NCBI RefSeq assembly: GCF_964355755.1
Contig: NC_092672.1
Span: 930,001 to 994,000, forward strand
Direction of reading: 5' to 3'
Source: Antedon mediterranea
Lineage: Eukaryota; Animalia; Echinodermata
Length of the DNA: 64,000 nucleotides
Part shown: positions 37,801-49,029 of the stretch, one piece after another
How positions within the stretch are numbered: the first letter of the stretch is position 1
Layout of the letters: the number at the start of each line of letters is the position of its first letter
Program-made: the position numbers and the translations under genes
The notes under the pieces: model-generated
Seen by the model: the letters and a program-made list of their open reading frames with translations, nothing else
Told to the model about the DNA's origin: nothing
The model's database searches: none

Positions 37801-40800
37801 AGTGATGGCTTTCTGACGATTGGGTTTATCGCAAATATCTTGATTTCGCGATAGACGTCATTGCACAATGCTTGATGGGAAGAGTTAGGAGCAACAGCGC
37901 CATCGTATAATACAAACTGATAGTGGAGCTGTTGCTCCCAAACCCTTCCCATTATGCATCGCTCACGCAATTTTCGATAAACCTTATTGACATCTTGGCT
38001 ACGTATTCGTAATAAATTTGTCAAATAAAAGAAGACGACACTACACTTACGCGCGCGCCTATGAGCTGTCGATGACGCGGTGAAGGAATAAAAAAAAAAT
38101 GAAGAGAAGGTCGTGCAACAACACCCTCTCCCCATGGAGGTATAAACCTCCATGCTCTCCCTCTCTTTATCTAAACTCTTTTTGATTTTGAATAATCTAA
38201 AACTGGCGTTTGCATTATTTCTCAGAGCTTCTATGAGAATTTGCAAGAACTGATGCTTGATGAAGAAAGATCTTTAATGAACTTAAGCATGCCAAAGTAA
38301 GTTGTATAATTATTATTATGATATTTATTTTAGCAAATAGAAAAAGTGAAGGAAAGAAAGTAATGCTTTAAAAACACGTTTCAGATATTGAGAGTGGGGA
38401 TGAAAAAATATTACTTATGTTACAATTGGAAATTTGGAACCATTACATAAATAAAGATATACATTTTAATAGAAAGAGGATAATCGTAAATAGGCAAAGC
38501 TATTCGACTTCCGACTCATTTACGTACCTATTCATTGGTTGGCTGAATGGGGGTTTGTGAATTATAGAAGGTCAGAGCCATATATATAAAGAGTTACGAC
38601 ATTGAAGATTAGAAGCCATGTTTGTGTCAAAGAATTCGCACGCTGAGGGCGCGCGCGTCTATTTTGTATAGCGTTTTCCTAGTGTAGTTCATGCATTATT
38701 TTTAAATTTTTTTTGTCTATGAAATAACGCTTATATTCCGTTTTTATTTTAGTAATTAATTTTATTAATGGTATTAATTTTGTAACATATATATATTGTA
38801 TTTATAATAACAAATAATAAATGCTAGGACCGACATGCAAGTCAGGATACATCAAAGCATGAACCAATACAAATTCACCCCTCTTTTTATACAGTATGCT
38901 CTCCGTGTGTTTTTGATACACACTTTCCGAGACTCGTTCATCATTTCATTTGTAATAATTTGCATTTAATTATTTTAATATTGTTCATACCCTATTCAAT
39001 ATATTAACAATTATATCCACGACACTTTCTTATTTTATTTAGTCATCAAAGCATGCATTATGAATTGAAAATATTACATAATTGTTATTAATAGGACGTA
39101 GTTATGGGATGTTTCGTTCCAAAATCAATCAATCGAACTTTATAATGTACTAGCGCACGCGCGCGCAATATTCTTTGCCGCAAGTACTTCTGTACGCTGT
39201 GCACATCGATATTTCACCGTAGAATGTGCAATTACATTTTTTTAAATATAAGAAAAAGTTTAAAGTATTTTCTTGCTCCTATACTTTACATGCAACGGAG
39301 ACAAGTTTGACACAAATTGATCTGCATCACGTGACTATAATCCAATGTCGTAACTCTTTGTATATATGGCTCTGTAGACGGTTGTAAAACAACGCCCTCT
39401 TTACAGATTCATATTTGCAAATTTCTGTCAAAAAGTACAGATCTTTGATACACTATAATATTTAAGTACATTAATGTTATAGTACGTAAGTAACGTTGAA
39501 TCCAATTTTGGTACAGGGACTATAGAAAGAAGCATGGAAAAATCAGGTACTTTATATAAATAATTACTAACACTATAATAATGAAATGGTTTCTTTGTTG
39601 TCTTTGCTGTCTTTGCTGTCCTAATAAATAAATGTTTAACATAATACGTTCTGGATGGCGATTCAGCTTAAAAAAACATTTGACACACATGGCGTGCCAT
39701 AGACCTGAGCTGAAATAATAAAAACATTCGTAAAGAAATCTAATCTCTTTATTCAGTCTTTGGTATACATGTGTTGCTTGGACAACACTGTATTGTTGTT
39801 GGTCATAATAACTGAAAGGTACTAAAATTAACGTTATAACATCATAATGTTTTGTATTCTAGTATTATTCACCACCTTAGAATAATGATACACACATAAT
39901 ACGAAGAAAAACAACTTTCATAGCTATAACTTCTAGCTATACTAATAACTGCACAAGGTCAAGGAAAAGAATTAACAACATTGATAGTGATGAAACATAA
40001 CTATTTATTTATGCACATTTCTTCTTTTTGAATTACAATTTGTTGTATTGGTAATAATAATTAATGATGTATAAGCTTTAATGCCCATAATGTTTTAATG
40101 TTTATATTTTTAGTATATACATACAATGATTTCAACTTTTGCTGCTTTTTGTATTATATTTTTATAAATAAATAAATTTTTCCGCCTTCATGAAAAAAGC
40201 ATGAATCTTTGGTTTGTCTTAAGCTTGGTTCCCATTAGGACGCAGCGCAGTGACGTAAGCGCAACGCAAGCGAGTTGACAAATGGCAAGCGACAGTTCGA
40301 ATATTCCATATTTGCACAGACGTTCTTGTGTCATATTTTCTATAGTGTAACAGCAATATTGTTTTCTCTTAGGTTTGCAGTGTTTGGTTTAGGCTCCAAA
40401 GCGTACGTTAAATTCTGTGCATTTGCTAAGGATCTCGATCGTATTCTCATTCGTCTCGGTGGTGAACGCATTTTCAAAGTTGGTGAAGGAGATGAACTCG
40501 GAGGTCAAGACGTGTCATTCAATAATTGGACACGTGATGTATTTAAGGTAAAAATTCGATAATAAATCAAACGGTTTCTAAAAATAAGATGGATCGATCA
40601 AAATGAAAAACAGTGAAGTAAAGAATGTATCACTTCCATGAGAAGATGCTACTTCTTTTTTTACAATATTGCAGAACATATATTTTTACTGTTTATGTTG
40701 AATTTCAGAAATCGCAAGAAGAATTTTGTCTTGAAGATGACGAGAACTATAAGGAAGCCGTCAAGATGCTGACAACAGAGGGACAGCAGTGGGACAAATC

Positions 40801-43800
40801 AAATTGGAGATTTGTTGAGACAAATAAGAAAGGAATAGATGTCTCAGAAGGACTCGGTACTATTAATAAAAAGACAGTCAGCGCATGCAAGATTTTGTCA
40901 GTAGAAAACTTGCAATCTGAAAAATCTGGGTAAGTCTGGGTTCTAAAAAAAGCATAATGACTTTTAACAAACAGCGGATATGTTTTTCCCCCGGGAAATA
41001 AGAAAGAAGCGTATAGGTTTACTGACGGCTTATACAGGAAAGTAAATGAGAAATAAAGTTTAAAACACTTTCCAGTTTTCCATTTTAATGTTGAAAAACA
41101 AACCATCCTGCTCAAAACATAAAAATATGGAAACAATTCGTGGGAAGCGTTGGAATGACGGAAAACGTTTCAATAGAGGAGAGAATGTCTAAGTTTTAAA
41201 ACTTCTGCTTTCAGTCGTTCTACTATTCTAGTGAAGATGTCAACAGGAGGCCTAGATGACATGGGTTACGAACCAGGAGATCATCTGGCAATATTCCCAG
41301 CCAATGAAGACAGTCTTGTCAATCGAATAATCACAAGAACTGATTTACAAGGCATTCAACCAGATGTTGTCACTAAGTTGGAGAAACAAGAAATGAAAAC
41401 GACTCTTCTAGGTAAGCTAGACTCCTACTCTACTACTTAAGCTCCGTTCACACTATACAATGCAGTTACGTTCTAGAAGGCAATGTTATCAATCAATCAA
41501 AGGACAGTTGTCAAATTAGTATCGGTTCGTGTACAAACGGAACCAATACTTGGAACAATTATTGTTGACGACTCCACCAGGAACCATGAAACGTAAAATT
41601 CAATGAATTACCACATCACATTTTAAATATTTTTAATTACTGTGACAGTATTAGGCCTACTCATAACCTCAGAACAGAAACTGAATTCGAAATTCCCTTC
41701 ACAAGACTAACTTGCAGTCAACAGTTTATACACATATATGGACCAAAATTGTGGAAAGAATTCACTTGTAATGGTGGTAATAAACCGGTTATCTTAAAGA
41801 AACAAAATAAATGTATAAAAAAACAGGTTAAAAAATACTTTTTATCACTATATGCTGATTAACAACACCTTTGTTTATTTAAGTTCTATATACTTGTTCT
41901 TATGTAAAGGGTCCTACAAAAAAACGAAGCTACAGCTTTTTTATGCAGGATCCCTTGTCTCAGTTGTACTGTAATTATGATGTACTGTAATTGATGACTA
42001 AATAAATGTGGAATAAATGTGAAAAATGTGAAATCAATCAAAAAAATCTCTATTTTTTATTCACGGAAAAGTACAGCATACGAGATAAAAAACTTGTTCA
42101 CCACCAAATGTGACCACCAAATCAAGTCGAGATGGCCACACGCCGCTACATTATTCCACAGTGAAATAACGTAGCGGCGGCGTGTATATTCACTGTGAAA
42201 TAACGTAGTGGCGTGTATATTCACTGTGGAATAACGTAGCGGCGTGTATATTCACTGTGAAATAACGTAGCGGCGTGTATATTCACTGTGAAATAACGTA
42301 GCGGCGCGGCGTGTATATTCACTGTGAAATAACGTAGCGGCGCGGCGTGTATATTCACTACTTATTATTGTCTAGAATGAATGGTGGGTTACACTAAGTT
42401 TGTTTTTCTTCCAGGGACTGTAAAAAATTGGAAAGTAGAAGACCGTCTGCCTCAGTGTTCTTTGAGAACAGCTTTATCACGATACTTGGACATTACGTCA
42501 CCTCCTACTCCAGACTTTTTAGCTTTGCTTGCTAATTTCACCGACAATGAAGATGACAAGAAATATCTGAACACTCTAGCCGCTGTAAGTATACTATGAT
42601 AAATGAACCTTTAGGCTAACTTGAAACGATAATATCGAGGAGTACTCTCTAGAGACAGTGCATAAAACAATTGTTTTTATTTATCTTTAGGGAACTTCAT
42701 TGTACGAAGATTGGAAGTTCGAACATCACCCAAACTTAGCAGAAATATTAGAAGAATATTCAACTGTTGAAATTCCAGCTTCTCTTCTAATAGCAGAGTT
42801 ACCGATGTTAAAGCCTAGATATTATTCCATTAGTTCAAGTCCCCGTATGTTTCCAGGAGAAATTCATCTTACAGTCGCCGTTGTTATTTATACAACTCGT
42901 GGTAAGTACTTTAATTGGCGACGCTGGAGACACCCTTTTCCAAATCAGGTACAAACGGCAAGTCCATTTGCAATCAAGTCCTATTCAACTTTGGTGTATA
43001 GGTGTGGAGGATGGCAGGAGGAAAAGAGAACTTATATCATTTGTTAATATTCACACTCATCTTGTGAACATCGTTTGGTTGCATGACGCCTTGATCCTAT
43101 TATGTATACGAAAATAAGCGATTGATTTAATATTACTTTTTTTGAGTGGTAACTATAACAAAAAAATAAATCCTAAACATTTGCATTTGTTTTTCAGAGG
43201 GCCAAGGCGTGGAACACAATGGAGTTTGCTCAACATGGCTTAGCACAAGAAAACAAGGAGATGAAGTGGCAGCTTATACTAAATCGTAAGTATCTAAACA
43301 AAATAAGAATAAGCCTACTTTACCAGAAAAATGACATTCGGTGATATTATGTTACTTATGATAATATATTGTTTTATTTTGAAACATTGAGTAAGAGATT
43401 GTAACAATGGAAACTCTTTAATACTTTTGGAAACATCTGGTGTTTTGCAAACCTGTACTGCACTCTTATTCTCTCAACAAAATGAAAATCACTGTAAAAA
43501 AAACAATTAATGGTGATTAAAATGATATTTTGAATACAGAGCGAGTACGTTCCACATCCCAAGCAACCCATCAACACCAGTGGTTATGATCGGTCCTGGC
43601 ACAGGTATTGCGCCTTTCCGTGGCTTTTGGCAAGACAGAGTACACTACTTAACTGACAAGCAAAACAACGGCAAATTGTCAGCAGATTGGAAGCTGTATT
43701 TTGGGTGTCGACGTTCTGATATGGATCACATTTATAAAGATGAGATGCAAGATGCCCTTAACGGCGAAGCTCTTACTGACTTATTTACCGCGTATTCACG

Positions 43801-45092
43801 AGAACCTGGTCAGCAAAAGGTGAGTTTATTATTACTTAGCTTTTACGAATATTCTAGAAAACGGAATGTTTTCGAAAGTTGTTTCGTTACGATGCATGCA
43901 CTATTATTTGATTTATAATAATAATCAAATTGATTTGAATTGTCCGTGTTTTATTGTTTAAAAAATGCGCAAATGGGAAGTTAGTAATTAAATACAAACA
44001 CTAGCAGAAAGAGAAGAACAAGTTTTAAACTTGTGACGTCCGAAAAGGAAAAAATTCAATCGTACACTATAAACTAGTTTGTTCCGTTTCAATATCAACG
44101 TATACCGTGCACGTTGACATGCGCAGTGTTTGTTCCGTTTCAATATCAACGTATACCGTGCACGTTGACATGCGCAGTGTTTGTTCCGTTTCAATATCAA
44201 CGTATACCGTGCACGTTGACATGCGCAGTGTTTGTTCCGTTTCAATATCAACGTATACCGTGCACGTTGACATGCGCAGTGGGTGTACTGTATATTATTC
44301 TATGCGCATAAACTCAGTTTAATGTTTTTGTAATCTTCTCATAGACGTATGTCCAAGATATGCTAATACAAAGCAGTTCTCAATTCTACAATTACATTAT
44401 GAACAACGAGGGGCATATTTTCGTTTGTGGTGATGTATCGATGGCCTCTGGTGTTTACAAAGCATTCTTACAAATCTTGGAAGAAAATGGATTGACGAAA
44501 GAGGAGGCTAAGACAAATATGTCCAATATGTTGGTAAGTGACATTTATTCATTCAATCAATTTTTAGATTTTTTTTATAATTACAATAATAACAATCATG
44601 ATCATGATTACAACTTTTATTTTTTTGTACTATTTACGTTTGGTTCCCATTTTGACGCAATACAACGACGTACGCGCAACGCATGTGAGTTTGCCAATCA
44701 CAAGCGACAGTTCGGATGACTCATCGAGATTGGTCAAATCATTAAATGCTTGGTTCCCACTAGAGAAGCAACACAGCGCAACGTAACGGAGTTGACCAAT
44801 TACAAGCGATCTAATTCCTTATCATTGGTCAAGGGAGTCGCTTGCGTTGTGTCTATCTAGGGCCTTGCATTGCGTCTATCTAGGGCCTTGCATTGCGTAA
44901 CCTCAGTTACATAGCGCCTAATTATTATTTCTTTTTAATTATTCATTTCAGCGAGAACATCGGTATCATGAAGACATCTTTGGCGTTACACTTCGAACTG
45001 ATGAGGTGACGCGTCAACTACGAGAGAATGAAACGAGTGACACGAGTCAACAACTGGCGTTTAAAACGAGGATAAACCCAGCAAAGAAATAG
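25809..45092 (+). CDS. NOS: Nitric oxide synthase 'NOS-A' (~1269 aa, 23 coding exons), nNOS-like calmodulin site and C-terminal tail
   Basis: Exons 25809-26357, 30738-30877, 31252-31414, 33033-33124, 34520-34658, 34895-35034, 35440-35614, 35986-36087, 36409-36603, 36843-36934, 37108-37252, 37693-37797, 38226-38296, 39517-39546, 40373-40547, 40709-40929, 41215-41411, 42415-42584, 42691-42901, 43198-43285, 43540-43819, 44345-44533, 44952-45092 join in frame. Motifs: Zn [34 protein letters not shown], CaM site [46 protein letters not shown]. The frame stays open back to the acceptor at 25792, so an upstream coding exon is possible. Confidence 0.95.
26467..26609. mobile_element. MITE family B copy in NOS-A intron 1
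   Basis: GGTTGGTTCCCACTGGACGCAACG ... GGGAACCAAGCG. Confidence 0.7.
27553..28860 (+). mobile_element. Degenerate non-LTR retrotransposon (CR1/L2-like) ORF2 fragment: APE endonuclease domain, frameshifted and 3'-truncated
   Basis: [35 protein letters not shown] and TDHLPV motifs spread over three broken frames; ~118-bp tandem duplication upstream (27113-27380). Confidence 0.85.
29305..29615. repeat. ~33-34 bp minisatellite (ACTTTACATGTATTGTACTTATACACGACTT...), ~9 copies
   Basis: Direct tandem periodicity. Confidence 0.9.
29925..30647. repeat. 24-bp minisatellite (CTTATGATCAGACTGTGTCTCCAT) x ~30
   Basis: Almost perfect array; three adjacent units carry a C>T variant. Confidence 0.97.
31915..32296. 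mobile_element. Nested MITE family B pair: inner element 31964-32142 inside outer element 31915-32296
   Basis: Inner element is flanked by TAA duplications (31961-31963 and 32143-32145). Removing it restores GCAACGTAAGAA as seen in the 20997 copy. Confidence 0.8.
35262..35400. mobile_element. Palindromic MITE-like element (relative at 37840-37980 in opposite orientation)
   Basis: Shared ATGGTGGGAAGGGTTTGGGAGCAA and GCATTGTGCAATGACGT..CGCGAAATCAA segments. Confidence 0.55.
37840..37980. mobile_element. Palindromic MITE-like element related to 35262-35400
   Basis: Internal inverted repeat GGAGCAACAGC / GCTGTTGCTCC. Confidence 0.55.
38573..39374. mobile_element. ~0.8-kb non-autonomous TIR element with 8-bp TSD (hAT- or P-like) in a NOS-A intron
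   Basis: TIR CAGAGCCATATATATAAAGAGTTACGACATTG / CAATGTCGTAACTCTTTGTATATATGGCTCTG; flanks TAGAAGGT / TAGACGGT match at 7 of 8. Confidence 0.8.
39517..39546 (+). CDS. NOS: 30-nt microexon of NOS-A in the FMN-domain insert region ([11 protein letters not shown])
   Basis: Flanked by ...gtacAG and GTactt, phase 2-2. Together with the preceding 71-nt exon it equals exactly the 101-nt single exon of NOS-B (7204-7304). Confidence 0.8.
41600..42030 (+). mobile_element. LINE 3'-end remnant, same family as 15230-15640
   Basis: Direct similarity to 15230-15640. Confidence 0.5.
42138..42359. repeat. ~31-36 bp minisatellite (CACTGTGAAATAACGTAGCGGCGTGTATATT) preceded by one inverted copy
   Basis: Tandem periodicity; inverted unit at ~42138-42163. 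Confidence 0.85.
44077..44280. repeat. 51-bp tandem repeat, 4 identical copies
   Basis: GTTTGTTCCGTTTCAATATCAACGTATACCGTGCACGTTGACATGCGCAGT repeated four times. Confidence 0.95.
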
Positions 45093-46432
45093 TAGCTAAA
45101 TCATGGTTTTTACTTCTTTATGCCTAAATTATTAATCCCTAGCGTTTATTTGTAACGTGTAGGTAAAACCATCACCGTGTTACTATACTCTGTAGGCCTA
45201 AGGGCACTGGCCTATATTTAAGTAAAATAGTCGAAGCTTGGACACAAATCCATGTTTTTTTTCTAACGTAGCGCCACCAGAGCCTTTTTATTTTTTAACG
45301 AGTGCAAGTATGACACGCTATGTGTGCCAAAAGTTTTTAGAACCTACATTGTATTATTTAAAAATATTTCAGTTTATTATGCACATCATGAACTAATAAA
45401 ATGTACATTATGTAATCTTATGTAATGTACATTATGTAATCTTTCCTTGTCATTTATTCATAAGTTATTGTTTTGATGTAAACATTTGTTAACTGTTCAA
45501 AAATGTTCCAAAATATTAAGACATTCCATAAAGTTTACAAAATCGTGATATAAAGTTGCCATGGACAACAGACTGCTTCACACTTGGACGCAATGCAAAG
45601 TAATTTAACCAATCAGAGTTGAGATGATCCATAGGAATATGGCTTTGGAAATATAATTAAATCAAAATAAAAACAAGTTATTGTGAATAATGTTTAGCTT
45701 GGCGTTTCAAATTAACCAAGGCTTTTTTGTGAAAATGTTTTATACAGTGTATTTGTAATTTGTATTATGTAATTGACTTTTGACTTAGGTCATGCGGAAT
45801 TTGTATAAATTATTTGCCAAATTAAATTTTAAACTTTAATGCATGTTTTACCTGTATTTTGTAATTAAATAAATGATTTTTACTACAGTCAATAACAAGC
45901 CATTCATACAGCAACAAGTTAATAATCAACATGAATAAATTTATTTATCATAAAAACACATTATATAACCATACATTTCAGTATCAATTAACATAACAAA
46001 TAAATCCCATACCAACAAATACTAGCAAGTCCTCAAACATTAGGCCTATCAGCTACGTCAATACATACATTATCAACAATAATTTCTCTTGCTTTTAATT
46101 AAAATGCATTTAGTATTCTAAAAGTACGTTCACACTTAGCCTGTGTTCTGTCCAGTGAAAACTATTTTACGTTTTCAGATCACACATGATTTGTACAAAA
46201 ATACGGAATGAGTTCAGTGTGTGAACAGTCTAGTATTCTTAAATACTACACCCATTTTTCATGATATCTGGACACCGGTTAGTGTGAATGGGGGTTAATG
46301 ATTCGGGACAATTAGTCTGCTATCAGCTTTTTGTTAAACCTTGTTTAAATAAAGCATCATAAACAGAACTAATGAACTTAAAATTAAAACTACAATGTGA
46401 GAGTGTGCATGTGATTTACACAAAACATTTAA

Positions 46433-46574
46433 AGCTCTGTCCACACTATCAAACTTGTTTGACAAAAAAAACTATGATGTGCATAAATATTGTAGTGATA
46501 TGACATCATCTAGTCCATATATAGGCATATCACATTTTTTGTTGTTGATAAAGTTTGATAGTGTAAACAGAGCT
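46433..46574. mobile_element. PIF/Harbinger MITE family A
   Basis: Same TIRs, TAA TSD. Confidence 0.8.
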
Positions 46575-49029
46575 TAAAAATGTATTTTTTAAACTATTGT
46601 CTATAGATAGCAGATATTTATGTCCATTAGTACACAACATAAATCTGTGCAACAAAGCCATTTTAAAAGGTAAAGTGAGAAACTGTACACAAAAAGAATG
46701 CTGAAGATATAATGTAAAATGTTTTGTCGACTTGAGAAAATCACTTCAAATTCCATTTTGGGTATTTTGCATTATGTTGTCTATTCCTGACCACATGCAA
46801 TGATTTAACATATGTTTCAATATGATGATATAGTAAAATAATACCACCATAATACAATATACTGGTATGGATCGATTCATTTACATTATGAAAGACAAAA
46901 TAACAAAATTAAAACACTTAATGAAATTTAAGTAGGGGATAAACAATATCATTTACTGGTACTGAAGTCCTTTCTAATTTTAATATAAAGGTCAAAGGTT
47001 AGTACATTTTGTATCACTAAATATCCAACTAAATAAAACCCCAACAAAACACTATAAAAAGTCAATTATAGTAGTATTAAGCTACAGTATACTTTAAACT
47101 ATAGTATTATATAGTAGTAAGTAAGCAAAATTTATGTCTTATCGATATATTAAACATAAACACAGAAAATACAATTACTTATTATCACACATTCTAGAAA
47201 AAAACAACATAATCCACTGGCATTTTAGTTGCAACTTAAAAAACCATTCTTTTTGTTTACCAAATTAACATCACACACAAAATACGTTTTATGGAATGAA
47301 CAACCCTAATCTATAATATTGAGATAATCTAAACATCTTCCGTCATATTAACAAACATTTTGTTAATCTCATCATTTAAATTTGAATTAATTTTCATTTT
47401 TAATATTTGTAAATCTTTGTTATTATCCAAAATAAATAAAAATTTTGTTTAACGTCTGGAATTTTCATAAGGATCTTTACTATAATATTAGATTTTGTCT
47501 TGACAAACTAAAAGTGGTAATATTTAATTCAGTGTTAATTATTATTATTAAAGCAAAAATATACTCATTCTAAATTAAAAAAGCATTATAGGATTAACAT
47601 TTCATTGAATATCCTATGTTTATTTTAAAAGGTACAAATTCAAATTAAATCTTTTATATATGAAATTGAAATTTTTTTAAAACTCTATTTAGAGAGGAAA
47701 ACACTTCCAAACTTTACTACAAAAATTGTATTTTTAATTTGATATACCATCTGCTGTATTATCAATAATTCTATGATTTTTTTATTTTATAAATTAATAA
47801 CTTAAATACTATTTACTACTACTACTATAAAAATGTAAAAAACAATATCTTATTTGAAATATCACAAAATTATCAGAGATCATAAAATGTTGGCAATCAA
47901 GAAGATTTTAGCTCTTAAATATGTTATAAATGTAAATGCATGCATTGCTATTTAGGCAAATATATAATAATAAATGACTATAATACTCCACTACATATCT
48001 TAAGTAATTTCTTAGGTACATTCTTAACTTTTCGCCAGATTATCCCAAGTTGCTTTCCAAGGGCTTATGTTTGGAAGAAATGTTTAAAAAAAAAGAAATA
48101 TTATGCAAAACAAAAAAAGAAAACAAGGCTAACCAGCAAGAAAAGTCATTTAAAAATATCAGGGTCATTTTACTGCTTTAAAAAATATTTTTTTTTTTTT
48201 CAATGTGTGATTCTTAGGCAGTCTTAATGCATTATGGGATTTTTTTTTAAATTTCATTTCAACCCCTGTACTTCAAAACATATACGTATACATTAACAAG
48301 TAAACAGAAAAAAGGGATTTGAAAAAAAAACCATAAAATATCATATAAATGCATTATGGGATGGAGCAGGTGCAATGCATTATGGTAGTATTCAAATTCA
48401 ATGAATGAGTGTCTAGTCAGTTGTTTTACAAGGTCATTTAAAAGAGCAGGGTCATTTACTGCTTAATATATTCATTTTTCTAATGTGTGATTGTTATGCA
48501 GTCCCAATGCATTATGATAGAAGAGCTATCATAATTTGAAAATAGTAAAATTGAGCTAACAGTTTTACAAGGTAATCATTTCAGTTTGTTGGAATGAATA
48601 ATGTCATCAAAGAAATCTTTGATGTAAATTGTAATATTTATCAATTCACAAATAAAGTGTGGTCATACTTTTTCATTTACGCAAAAAAAATATTGATAGC
48701 ACCTGAAAATGGATTCAAGTTTTTAAAAAAAGCTTACCTAAAAAAAGTTTTCATAAAAAAAAATATGATCAAACCTAATTTTGCAACCAAACATTTAACT
48801 ATATGTATGGTTGTCAAATGCATTGTTTTGTCATTTATATATTATATATTATGAACATAAAACAAAACATTACTTTCAACACCAAGTTGCAATAATTAAT
48901 CTTTACCCAGGTGAACGTTCACCTCATTCTACTTTGGTAAAGGCTATTAAAACATTTTATATATTTTATATATTTCCACTGTTACAACTACTACTAAATG
49001 AATAGAAGGAAATTCCCAGCAGACTCCTA

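Noticed and set aside
37689-38246. 185-aa minus-strand ORF
   Set aside because: Antisense to NOS-A exons and a MITE; no recognisable domain.
43988-44322. Overlapping short repeat ORFs
   Set aside because: Derived from the 51-bp intronic tandem repeat.
49008-49017. NF-kB-like site GGAAATTCCC
   Set aside because: Single short motif just past a stop codon and far from either NOS promoter; chance occurrence is likely.
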